64,000 nucleotides of DNA from Ptychomitrium polyphyllum (taxonomy: Eukaryota). Under the pieces are notes generated by a model. It worked only from the letters and a program-made list of their open reading frames with translations, ran no database searches and was not told the origin of the DNA. This document shows, in pieces, positions 49,346 through 61,049 of the stretch; positions within the stretch are counted from its first letter, which is position 1; each line of letters begins with the position of its first letter. A program made the position numbers and the translations under genes. Where the stretch lies: the NCBI GenBank assembly GCA_973851085.1, contig OZ316775.1, forward strand, positions 17,112,001-17,176,000, written 5' to 3'.

Positions 49346-50112
49346 GTTTGTTTCAACCTTGCCTATCTTCCTTCCTCTCTTGCTACCCCTTTTCCCAAAC
49401 AAATGATCTTTATTTCACTATTACTCACTTTGCCACATGGATTGGGTATCTTCACTTGTCTAAGGCTTTGGACATTGAGCTATTTGATAAGATCATTACT
49501 TTACCCCAACACAATCCAATTGCACCACCAGGACACTCTCTCTCCTGCAATGTGACGAGATTCATCCAGATTCACCCTGTACTTCAATGGTTGAATCATC
49601 CGACTCAATGCAACCCAGGCAATCTGTCGGAGATGATCGAACATGTCGAACTACCTGATGAGTGGCCAACTAACCTGATGAGTGACAAAGAAATATGAAG
49701 CCAAAGCCTTACCTCAGAGGTCCAAATCAAAGCCTTGCTTCAGAGGTTCAGATCAAAGTCTTTTCAATTAAATGTCTCATTTCTTTTTATTTTTGAGTAT
49801 TCGTTACACAACTTCCAGGTTCAACGTGCACTGCACAAACTACAATTGGACCCTTTGTACAAATAAAGCAAATATTTAGCCTAACTGCCTGCAATCTCGT
49901 GTATTACTTGTTGGATCATTTGCAATTTATAGATTTTGTCTAGGAAAGCTTCGGGCACGTGCTTGTCACTGATCCTCGCTCATGGTATCTCTTTTCCACG
50001 AGCGTCCATATCACTAATCCCACCAGATAGGCAGATACAGAACCCCAAAAAACCTGAGAACCTTCGTTTCCAAATTGCAAAACCGAATAGCAGATTCATA
50101 TCTTAGAGAGCT

Positions 50113-50174
50113 TCATAATGTTGCGCGGAGTGCTCTCAGAGAAGCTTCTGAGAGCACTCCACGCAACATTATGA
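50113..50174. repeat. Inverted repeat with 28-bp arms, one mismatch and a 6-nt loop
   Basis: TCATAATGTTGCGCGGAGTGCTCTCAGA-GAAGCT-TCTGAGAGCACTCCACGCAACATTATGA. Confidence 0.95.
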
Positions 50175-50659
50175 TTAGGCTATAAAATGAACGATATGTA
50201 TCAGGAATGAACATTACAGTTCGTGGGCGCTGTATCAGTAATTTAGGGTCTGCGCTCATCAAATGCCAGAAGCTAAGTTCTAATAAAATACATATATACT
50301 TATATGCGTCATAATCGTCACCAACGTTGTAATCCTGGCGATATAACGAGACGTAGGATTCACCTGAAGGGTATACTGTTCAGAGAGCTCAATTGCACGA
50401 CTTTGGCAAACTTCTTTTCAACTTAAAATATGTAATTTGCAAACGCGCAAACTTACAGCTTATATTGCTTCTCGCTCAATTCTAATCTTGGGCGCACGCG
50501 ATTCCTTATCTCCAGACCAGCTGATCCAGAGGAGTTTCCACGCCTCAAAAATTCACATAATTGTCGTGAGAATACCTGTGCCTGGCGGGAGCAGACAGTA
50601 GACGGGCAGGCTAGAGGAGGTTCAAGGTCAACTCTCTGACACATAAATAACCTCACCAC

Positions 50660-51994
50660 CTACATTGAATGTTCTGTTTTCGAAATTTTTGACTCTTTAG
50701 AACCTCCGATGTGTACAGAAACATAAGCCACTCGTTTCTTCGTGTTAACATCAGAACTCCAGAGTTTCTCGACCGATTTGTCGACTTTTTTACTCCCCCA
50801 GCCCTCCAACTCAGCCTTCCAGCTCTCCAGTTCAGCTTTCGTGTTTGCACTCAAACTCCCCCTCAACTGCCCAACGCCTGAAGAGCTCGCTGCTTCCTTA
50901 GTTGGGATGGTTGAGCTTGTTGTAGAGATTGCCTCCGCTAGAATACCAGCCATATCTGTCTTCAAACACAGCCCCATCTCCTGAAAACCTGACGAGACAT
51001 CCGCTTCCATGCTCGAGATGGCAGAGCTGAGAGTGGGAATCCCCTGCACTGAAACACCAGTTTCTTCGACGTCCTCTTCACCCAGGAGCTCAAATTGAGA
51101 ATCTTCCAAAACGAATCTTTCCTCCCTCTCATAATGAACTGGTTCCAGTGATCCACTGCTCTGTAGCTTTACCTTCGCAAAGGTGGAACGGTCATCGATG
51201 AACCAACATACATCTGGAAGATTCGTTGCATCTGATACACAGGTCGGCAGTGGGATAAGTTCTTGAGGTAGCGGAGGAGGTTGAGGAGGAGGGACTTTCT
51301 CAAAGAACGCAAGCTTCACACCATCCCAACTGCACTCCATGAAGAGAGGAACATCTGTGCGGACAGATGCAATTTTTGTCTTCTGCACGAAGGCTGACAC
51401 CAAGTTGAAAGCGGCAATCAGCTCATACAAAGCTTGCATAAGTAACATGCGAAAGCGGGCAAGCATTGCCAGTACGGTGAGGGCAAACGGCATGAAGAAA
51501 GATTGGCTCAAGAGCCCCTCCATCACCGAGCTCGCACTTAGTATAGGATCTGACATGAGTTGTAACAGCCGGGCAGCTCCTAACAACCGCCGCAGAACAG
51601 TAACAATGAGCTGTTCCTTGGACTTTAATCCTTGGCCCAGACTGCCTAACAGAGCTTTCGAGGGAAGAGCCTTCTGCTTCGAGAAAGAGACGCAGTAAGG
51701 AAGTGTCTCGAAGACATCTTTCAGTCCTAAAGTATGAAGCAGCAGTAAATCTCTACGTACTTGCACCAGACGACGGAAGTAAAGCGTTCTCCGATGTTGG
51801 TTTTGGTTCTTGTACATAATTCTTTGAAACGTAGTATTCTCATCCCAAACTTGAGTGAATATCTCCCTTAATCGATTCTGAATAGTTCTAGCCTCTTCCT
51901 CCACCTTCTTGCCATCAACGTTCTCCTCCGTGAATTGTTTCAGGCAGGCGGGCGGACGAGCAAGAAACGAATTTGACGCAACTTTCTTCCCCAT
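50660..51994 (-). CDS. NEPRO/RMP1-like (DUF4477) protein, putative RNase MRP subunit, about 444 aa
   Basis: Motifs IMYKNQNQHRRTLYFRRLVQVRRDL and FFMPFALTVLAMLARFR. First ATG at 51994. Probable 5' UTR intron about 52077-52362. The extreme C-terminus could be altered by splicing at a GTAGGT donor overlapping the stop. Confidence 0.82.
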   Translation of the reverse strand: MGKKVASNSFLARPPACLKQFTEENVDGKKVEEEARTIQNRLREIFTQVWDENTTFQRIMYKNQNQHRRTLYFRRLVQVRRDLLLLHTLGLKDVFETLPYCVSFSKQKALPSKALLGSLGQGLKSKEQLIVTVLRRLLGAARLLQLMSDPILSASSVMEGLLSQSFFMPFALTVLAMLARFRMLLMQALYELIAAFNLVSAFVQKTKIASVRTDVPLFMECSWDGVKLAFFEKVPPPQPPPLPQELIPLPTCVSDATNLPDVCWFIDDRSTFAKVKLQSSGSLEPVHYEREERFVLEDSQFELLGEEDVEETGVSVQGIPTLSSAISSMEADVSSGFQEMGLCLKTDMAGILAEAISTTSSTIPTKEAASSSGVGQLRGSLSANTKAELESWKAELEGWGSKKVDKSVEKLWSSDVNTKKRVAYVSVHIGGSKESKISKTEHSM

Positions 51995-52082
51995 TTTCAA
52001 TCCTCACCTAATCCTCCATTTCATCGGGTATCAACCTCAAATTTCAAAAGCTCAAACGTGAGAAACGTTTGCTCCCCTGAAT

Positions 52083-52457
52083 CCTAAACCCTAACCCTAA
52101 ACCGTAATCATCAACCCTGGATGCCAACTTTCTTTACAACTGGAAAATCTAAAACAACATCCTGTTAGATTCAGCTCCACAAACTGCCCAGATAAAGATT
52201 TGTACGAGGCGCAATGGTAAAGTTCACCTCCATACACAAGCTGCAAAGTCTGAAGTTTGAGACTCATTTGACATGCCACACAAAATTTTAAAACCAAAGA
52301 GGAACTGTTGGAGTTTTACTAAGTGCAGGCCAGAATAGGTGAAATGCAGAGGAAATACGTACCTGAAGAGGAAGGTGGAGGCAATACTGGACCACACCAC
52401 AGCAGCGCAAAACGTCACAGGACCGTCCTAGACAAAACGTTTGCTGCAAAACCCTAA
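52083..52457. promoter_or_regulatory. Telo-boxes in the leader/promoter of the NEPRO-like gene: CCTAAACCCTAACCCTAAACC 52083-52103 and AAACCCTAA 52449-52457
   Basis: Direct motif reading; telo-boxes are typical of plant ribosome-biogenesis and translation genes. Confidence 0.65.
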
Positions 52458-53886
52458 AACTCTCGCACAGGCTCGCAGGTTACGGTACCCATCAAACTTA
52501 GATTTACACTATCCGCGTCTCTCATTCAATTTCTCTATTTTCCTTTCCTCTCTCGATTGAAGTTCTCAAATCCAAGGACCTTGGCACCTAGTACACGTGA
52601 CCTGATATTCGATCAACTTTCTCCTTGTACTTTTACTTTTCTGCAGGATTGTGATTTGTGGGGAATTGCACCATCAAACCAGTTCCGTGCGTAATTTACC
52701 GCATCGCCACCTCATGGCATACAGAGGACGAGGGAAGGATGCACTGTAGACTGGGTTTCATTAAATTTATTGCTGGCGCGTAGAGTTAATTGCTGGCGTT
52801 ACCTTTGTTGTGCACATGCATCCCATGTTCAGAACCTCTGAAGTACTTGCAGCGATTCATGTACCCAGTAAGTACTAAGTGTTAAGAGCGTAGATATCAT
52901 GTGAGAATTCATATCCAACAATCGCTACAGAAGATCAGAATTTGAATCTAAATGAAAAGTTCTTCAAGCTGTGTCTGGTAAGTGAAGATAGCTAATCTCT
53001 CAGGTAGTATCAGTACACTTTTCTAAGAAGATTCTCAAAGTTGCACGATTTCATCATTTCATCTTTTCGGTCTCACATGCATGAATGATGTACGATGAGG
53101 GTGGCACTCATCGTCACTAGTTGTCATTTGAGAGCTAAGAATTCTTGATTAAACCAATTGAAACGAGACCCTGATTACACTAAACTATAACAACAAACAA
53201 ACCTTGGGAACGACGTGAGACAGCCCCTGCACCAAACTCTCTCTGTGCCAGTTTATTTGTCTGTATTGCACGTTGCAAAGTTCAAACCATGAACCCTCCT
53301 CTCTCTCTCCGGAAGAAAATTAAGATTCACCGACAGCCATATCAACAAAACATTCTCTAACGTAATTCCTTCACAGGCAGAGTACAAAACATGCGAGTCA
53401 GGCATGTCCCACATTCTGTATAAAGATACAATCTGGATAAAGTAAAAGGTCCATTATTAGTTCCATGCATTCTCGTCGTCGGTGCCTCGGTCGGTTCCGA
53501 CTATATTTGAATCGGTAGAAGTGACGATGTCAATACTCGTCGAACACATCACTAGTTCTGATCCAATTCTAATACATGCTGTGTACTCTCAATTTCTTTC
53601 TTTGAGCCGATCCTTGTTGTGAATGTTGGTTATTTCAGGAACTTTTTGCAAAGTAAAGCGCTCCAGCCGTTCTTAGCAGACCAGACGTAGACTTGATTTA
53701 ATAACTCAGAAGTCTTCTCACGTTTGTATTGCGTCGTGATAAATCGCTTCACAATACATATCTTTGAAATATGACGCATCGAGTGTCGCATACGTAGTGG
53801 CACAAGTATTGAATTTATTAGTACCTTATACTTGCACTCATTTCCGTAATCCTGGTTTGAACCAAGTGTTGGATATTCATGCAGGC

Positions 53887-54998
53887 ATGCAGACTCCCAT
53901 GAATTTGGATAGCGATGAAGATGAAAATAAGTTTCGGAGTGTACCAGCTCCTTCGCAGAGACGACATACCCCAACTCATAATGAAGAACCCTTCACTTAT
54001 CTTTCCTTCCTAAAAGAGAAGCGATCCGCTGAACCTGGAAAAGATTCTGCTGTTGGTAAAGAAAAGGTATTCCTTTTCGATGTACACTTCTTAACTTGTG
54101 CAGATCCCGTCTAGGACTAGCACTGAAGCTCAACCTTCTGAATCTTAGTTTCGTTTTATCGATTCACATGAAAGTGCAACATTAACGAATGTAGAGTCAA
54201 GTTATTGAGACACAGCGGTAGATCACAGTGTGTTCTGACAGGTGTCAAAAAATTCCACTACAAAGACTCTGAGAACTTTGCACTTTTTGTGATCGTTGAT
54301 GACGGCAGCCTTGCAACCGAAGCTCTTATCCATCATGAGGTGAAATATTCTGAATCTAATTTTGTTCGGCTGTCCTTTGTTATTCAGTCAAATCTAGTCC
54401 TATGTGACTACTCTTGTTCAGCGTAAATCCCTTTTTGGACTATTCAGATGCTGAAGTTCATGCAGTGTCTCACGAGCAGGTACTAATTTTTTTTCGTGTT
54501 AGAGGGAGTGCAGAGCATGGTTGGATACACCCCTAAGGAAGTGAACTGTGCTTTAGATGGTAAAAATCCGCAAGTGGTCTGAGAAATGAAGGCCATTATG
54601 AAGCGGTTCCAGCTGATCTTCTGAAAATTTGAGGTTGACATTGTTTCTAATTCTGCTTCCACAGCTATTAAGTTCCTTTCAGTCCAATGGCTAGATTCTG
54701 CAAGCTGCTGTGAGCTGAGAAGCTGAGCTTATGATTCCATGATGTTCTCAACAAAGTAGTCTTGCTTGTTGTATTCATGCATAATGTTACTGCTTCATTC
54801 CTATCAATTGGTTGGCTGCTGCAAGGCTTGGTACATGTGAAATATAAACAATCGTCCGATAAACCTGTGATTTCGCACATGGACGAGGGGGTGGCAACTA
54901 GTGACCTCAGCGCATTGCAGAATCGGGTTGGCAACGATTCATCTTTGAGGCAGCTTGGAATGAGGTCTCTTTCAGAATTTATTGATGTATCACCTTAA
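53887..54998 (+). pseudogene. RMI1: RMI1 (RecQ-mediated genome instability 1) pseudogene, C-terminal OB-fold exons with introns retained
   Basis: EEPFTYLSFL...GKEK | CVLTGVKKFHYK...VDDGSLATEALIHHE | VQSMVGYTPKEVNCAL...*EMKAIMKRFQLIF*KFE | GLVHV...PVISHMDEG...IDVSP* matches plant RMI1_C. Two in-frame TGA codons and degraded acceptor sites. Confidence 0.85.
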
Positions 54999-55559
54999 AG
55001 TCATATAAATAGAAGTAAATACGACGACCATTCTTCCTCGGTCCCTGGCTGCCCGAGTAGTGCCACTTGTAGCAAAGCAGTCCCTCTTTCGTCAGGTTGA
55101 GGTCAATACACATTTGACAATAGTATGATAAATTGATTTGTTGACTTGCGCTCAGGTTAGCCAGTAAGTTTGTCTTGTATAACACTACAATGTTTTGACC
55201 ACTCGGCTATAATCTCACCTTATGTGTATTCTAAGAAATTCTGCGGTCAACAGTACATATCCTTATGAAGGGGTACAGTGTTGGCGAAGATTCCGCAGAA
55301 CAGCGCAGGAGCGCTAGATTCTGCTGTTCCAGGTAGCCAGCAAGAAGAGAAATGATGTCTAATCATAAGATTTTGGAAACGGCCTTGTAGAATTCTGTGT
55401 TGGCGGAAGCGAATGTCCCTGGACCCCGGGAACTAATTCCTACTGAGACAAGTAGGCCATAGGGCGCAGCAACGTAAAAGTATAAAAATATATTTTATAT
55501 TGCAAATCTAGAAACTCATACAATTGATAGACATAAGATTGCAAGCAATACAATCAGAC

Positions 55560-56566
55560 GTGTTTACTTTACATATGTACAAAGGGTAGAGCTGCAGTCT
55601 GGTTGTAAACGTATAATAAAACCTGTAGCATAGCAAATCCTTGGAAGCAAAACTATGATTTACATATACAGTACTAGCTGCAGTTGTATTGGGTTTGTCA
55701 AATGCCATGGTTCTGTTATCCAAAATATTTTTGATCTGTTGTTAGATATCTGAGCTGTGTGACATTCTATGTACTGCATCTTGACCAATAACTATCAATG
55801 TGTTGAGTTTTGCTCTTTTTTAGAACTTGTAAGTTGATGCGCACACAATGATGGCCCCATAAACCTCCAATGCAAGACACTGCCATGAGCAATGTTCCCA
55901 AGATGATGATGACCCAATTCGACCACCATGAGAAGCTAAATCTCTTGGGCTTCACAATGCTCAGTCACATTATGCATGGCAACTACCACATTCCATTCCC
56001 AGTCCAATCCAAACAGCTCCAGCAGTTCAACAACAGCCTAACCTCCAATAGGGTACGAGGTTTGGGAACAAACTATTGGAAGTACAAACCTCCCCTTAAA
56101 TCACCTCCACCACTCTCTACTATCACACAAGTATACATATTTCAAATTATCATGGTGGTTGATAAAATCAAATTCAATAGTATACAAAAATATGAAGGTT
56201 TGTCAAGATTTTTATAATCAAATTCATCAAATTGAAGTTAGTAATCTTTCAATTTTTCAATTGGTTTTGGATATTTTTTGCTATTTTTGAAATTAGAAAT
56301 TGATCAAAGAGATTAAGACAAAATATTTGGAGGTTGTTGATTGTGTACTTACAAAATAAGTGGTGGGAACAAAGGCAAATCTGCCAAAGAATCCAAGGAA
56401 AATTCTCCAAAATAGGAGTGTTATGCCAATAAAAGTAGTAAAAGTTGCAAAATAAAGACTATAAAGCTGTTGTGTTAGATTTGCACAGTATGCCAAAATT
56501 GCATCCATTTTTTTTCTAGCAAGGGAATTGTTAAACTTACTTACCAACATAAAAAGAATGCGCTAT
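55560..56566 (-). pseudogene. LHT: Inverted, 5'-truncated LHT pseudogene: end of exon 4, exons 5-6 and 3' UTR
   Basis: IAHSFYV|GT at 56545; GFFGRFAFVPTTYF|GT ending 56353; LPCIM*LSIVKPKRFSFSWWSNWVIIILGTLLM from 55982. Same intron positions as the intact gene, with a premature stop and frameshifts. Confidence 0.88.
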
Positions 56567-58330
56567 TGTATAGAAAGAGCCTTGTATTGAAAAAGCATTG
56601 GGCCTTTGGTTGCTACTAATCACTCAAAAAGTTGACAAGATAGTTGTTTAAGTGAAAGAATTCATTGATCATGCTTTTTAAGCTTTGTAAAGATCACAAT
56701 CCAAACTCAAACCATAAGTACATACTACCATTAGAAACCCGCTTATAATTTTGCTCATATTTCCTATTATAAGTGTTTAATGACTTGATATTTTGACACT
56801 ATGTTTTTAAGGCATCTATAAAATTATGGTAAAAACTTCATAACCATGGTTACTATAAGTATTGAGAACCATGATTTCAAAAATCTCACTTCTCATTGCC
56901 ATAGCTTGTTGATCCCTTCTACTTCACTACTTCATAATTTTTTTTAAAATTCCAAATATAGACTTGAAACTTTACATACATATTTTTCATCTTACAATAA
57001 ATACTTCATCAAAGTATCAACTTCAAAAAATCCTTCAATTGTCTCTTATAGCCCAAAATATACAACCCAAACTCTTCTGTATACAGCTTTCAAAGTCCCG
57101 ATTATAATTTTTCTTATAACTTCCACTATAAAATCATTTTTTTTTCCAAATTTTTAGAATATGATTTTGAATTAGTTAACATACTGCTTTTTAAATTTCA
57201 TCATCAAGTTATAAATAAACAAAAAGTTATAAGCACCCAAAGCAGCTGTTTCCTGAAATTCAAGGCAATTGACTCAACTTCACTCAAACTAGAGCCACGG
57301 TCACATACTAACTCTAAATGGAGCGTGTGATTATATCTTGAAGAATTAACAAAGAAAAAATAAAATAAAACTAAAATCAATTCAAACTAAGAAGTATGCT
57401 ATGAGATATGGTCGAAGGAAGGATTGCCTTTAAGTAACAAGTAGGAGAGGCTGAGAAAGAAGAAAAGGGCGGTGGTCAAACCGCCACATCTGCTTTTTAT
57501 TGCTCTACATCAGCCTTATCTTTCCACATAAACCCTTAATCTCTTTTATCAAGCCCTTATCTAACCATATCTTTAAATAAAAAACAACCTAAATATTTTT
57601 TTTTTGTTTTTTTTTTTCCTTTGGTTAAAAATTCTAGGTTCCAAATTACAAAAGAAGACAAAACCAATCCTTACAAATCTAAAGTAGGAAACTAAAATTA
57701 TAATGAAAGGAAGAAAATAAGGAAAAAGATTGAAGTTCAATGAATATAAAGTCATTGTTGAGGCAGAATCAAACACCAAGCCACGAATTTGGTTGACTAG
57801 ATAAAATCTAGCTGTAGAACTGGTCCAAGTTCAATTCTTATTGGGTTTGTTGATTGGAATGGCGGCATTTGGTTTGGTACTGCTAGTGAAATTGGCAGGC
57901 AAGAAAATAACACAGTCAACCGGCGCTTTCACTCTGAGCTGAGACAAGATGCATTTTTACTTCTAAAACACTCAAAACCGTGATTTCATCACAATTTTTT
58001 TCATCTAATTTTTTTTTTCATCCTAATATTCCTTTCTAAAATAAAATAAATCAAAATCTTTAAAATAATACATATTAGCTAAGTTTTAACCCATGTAACT
58101 ATATACAAAACAACAACGTGATTAGGCAGAGCATCATAGATAGCATGAGATGGAATTATTTCATCAAAATTGATTTCAACATATCAAACACAGACATAGT
58201 ATAGATCTTATAGCTATTAATGATGTATACAACAACTATGAAATTAATAACAATAACAATAAATCACTTGGGCCTTACATAGTTGCCATAAATTTAGTAG
58301 CTGATGATTGCAACAAAGAAGTAGCAAATG

Positions 58331-59493
58331 TGTGGCAACTCTTGTAATGCATTTTAACAAACGCCATGCGTGTCAACCCTGTATACCCCCACATGCACAT
58401 GATTAATTTCCATTTTCACTCTCCAAGTCCCAAGCTTGGTTTCCAATTCCTCCTACCATTTCTCTTAGGACATCCAATTGATTGATAGCCAATGGTTAGG
58501 TACGGCCTTCTATTTATGTCCAAGGCCTCACTTTGTGTTATTCCCATTCCACACGGCCTAATTACACTTAGAGGTGTCTCTTCACTACCACTTATGATCT
58601 CCATGTGATCTTTAGATCACCTCGGGCCATCATGGTACCGGCGTGAAGACACCACCCCAACTTAGTGGTAACAAGCGTGCCCTTTTAATCTCACTAGTTT
58701 CCTTCATGACACCGGTCATCCACCGGTTCATAATAGTGTGGGAGTTCCTATGGTGAAGCTCAACAATAGTTCCACTAATCGGGACTCACCCTTGGTTCCT
58801 ACCGGGACACTAAAGAAGTGGAGAGGAGGACTAGCCCTCCTCTATAGTACTTTCTGTAGAATTTGGCAGGCTCCTTAGCCTTTTGAAGCTGCCTGAACTC
58901 CGACACATCCAAAACTTTGGAAGTCCACCCAATCCTCCTTAGGACTTAGCTGTTGGAAGCCTCGTGAACTTCCTGTAGACCTTTAGGAAGCCATATCTTC
59001 CACATTTGGTGTCCGAATCTATCAAGCGACCACTTTATCGTCATGTGCTCTTTGCGTAGATGCAGATAGACTCCTCAAACGTCCGATTTGACTTAGTATT
59101 TGGGAGATATGCCTCTTTCAAGGTTTGGAACTCCCGGGGAGTCCTTCCCTGTATTATTTCAATCCAATACAGTCATTGTCTAGGGCTGCCACAATCAAGA
59201 ATAGCCCCTTGGCAGCCCCAACTTTGGGATGCCATATCTTTTAGATCCCTTGTCCGATTTGAGTAATCTTTAACATTTTATAATCAATTCGTTGTGAGTA
59301 CTCTAATGCCTACAATTTATCCCTTGTGGCTTTTGGTCTACATGGGCAAGGATGTTTCTCCCCCTTGGGATCCTTACCACGCTAGGCCTACTTGGGCCAC
59401 TTCATTATCGGTGCCACAATTCCCGGACGTCACTCCGGGGTCCCCCTTGTGCCCTTAGTGTTGCAGGCACTCTTTAAAGAGAGGTGCATGACA
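58331..59493 (-). mobile_element. Solo LTR of family B, reverse orientation, more diverged copy
   Basis: Colinear with 17655-18797; perfect TSD AAATG at 58326-58330 and 59494-59498. Confidence 0.92.
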
Positions 59494-59649
59494 AAATGAC
59501 CACTATAATCTAGGCCAAAACTACATCATTCCACTTGGACACCTTCAGAAGCTGTTCTTTAGTGAATGGAATTATTTCTTAACTCTTCAGCATTACATTA
59601 TGCTCTATATAGGCAAATACCATTGTCCTAGCATATTGAAGGTTCCAAA

Positions 59650-60122
59650 GATATGGCCCGCAATGGATTACTTAGACGTGTGGTAACTTATATAACCTCC
59701 ATTTGTCACTCATAGGAAGCTATAACCTTTGTTAAAATGGTCCATTCAATTGTTAAGTAGCTACATTATATCCATAGATTAAATCACCAAAAGTTCATGT
59801 TAATATTTACAAGAATTGGATCAAATACATTTGCTTAAAAAAATTGTGACAATAAAGTGTACTTTAATGATATAATGGCAATAGCCAATAAGATCCTAAA
59901 AATGGTGTTGAAATTTAATAGTTAGGATAAAATAAAGTGTACAAACAAGAAGATGGCAACCTAGTTGAATTTGTGGCCTATTAAATAACATTTGCTAGTG
60001 CATACAATTCTATAGAAGTATTGCAACAATTTGAGGCTTAAAAACATATATACATTGTCTACACCCACCTCAACAATGGATTGTTGGAGCACCACAATCC
60101 ACAACCCATATATGAGACTAAA
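59650..60122 (+). mobile_element. Highly decayed copia-like integrase remnant
   Basis: Traces of KIK...EF and a TPQQNG-like motif (ACACCCACCTCAACAATGGATTGTTGGAGC, about 60061-60090). Confidence 0.4.
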
Positions 60123-61049
60123 TGTTGGAGATTAGAGCATTAGGTTGCTCGTAGTCTTAGAGTTAGTATGGAATAGAGTTAATAATTTGGAGAGTGCAAG
60201 AATAAATCCATAATGGTTGAAATAGTGGGTTGAAGAACTATCCCATATTGATTGTAAGACTTATGTAGTTTGAGAAGAATAAAGGACAAAATAAGGAATG
60301 CAATTTGAATCTTATTCCAAGCAATGTTTGCATGCTTTGTGTATTGTGCTTGTGCAATCTTGTCTCTTCTTTTATTGTTTCTCAATAGGTTATAGATTCA
60401 CTCATGCTTGTTGTGTGAGTTGAGATTTAGATTGCATTTGCGTTTGGAGGAGCATTTTGAAAGAGCCACAAGGGTTGACTTGGAGGTCATATAAGCTTTG
60501 GAGGTGATCTAGAGGTGTTTGGAGGAGATACAAGCTTTGGAGGTGCCCAAGTTCTCATTTGGAGGCGATTGGAGAAGCTTGGCGTATTAGAAGTCACTTG
60601 GAAGTGCAATTTAGGCTTTTAAGTTTTGTATTGAGTGCTTGAGTTGCTTGATTATATGATTTAAGTCTAGAAGGAACCAATTTGAATGCTTTGAGACTAC
60701 TTTGTGCATATTTGAGCTCTATAGGGGCTTTCTTGAGTGTTTAGGTGCAAAAGTGCACATTTGGGTCCAAAAGAAGGCTCATTTGTGTTGTTAGGGCCTA
60801 GTAAAGGCTAGTTTGAGTTGGTTTAGAACTTAAAGGACTTAGTTGGGCAAGAAATGGCATCATTTGAAGGCGAGAGTGCTAAGGTGGTTGACTGGAGAGA
60901 ACTCCAACCTTTGGAAGTTCAAGATGGAAATAATGTTGGATTCTATGGACCTTTGGAACTTTGTTGACGATTTTGAAGAGGCTCTATCTATAGATGCCGA
61001 CCCCAAGGTCATAAAAGACTACAAACGACATGTAAAGAAGGCAATATCC
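60123..61049 (+). mobile_element. 5' part of Ty1/copia element 1: LTR about 60123-60387, PBS 60388-60401, start of gag
   Basis: TGTTGG...CAATA LTR. ORF 60843-61055 LTGENSNLWKFKMEIMLDSMDLWNFV is a copia gag N-terminus. Interrupted at 61050. Confidence 0.75.

Noticed and set aside
49330..49698. 122-aa ORF after the PDCD2 remnant
   Set aside because: Read-through from the broken PDCD2 C-terminus into unrecognisable sequence.
52083..52103. Interstitial telomere or chromosome fusion scar
   Set aside because: Only about three units; better explained as promoter telo-boxes.
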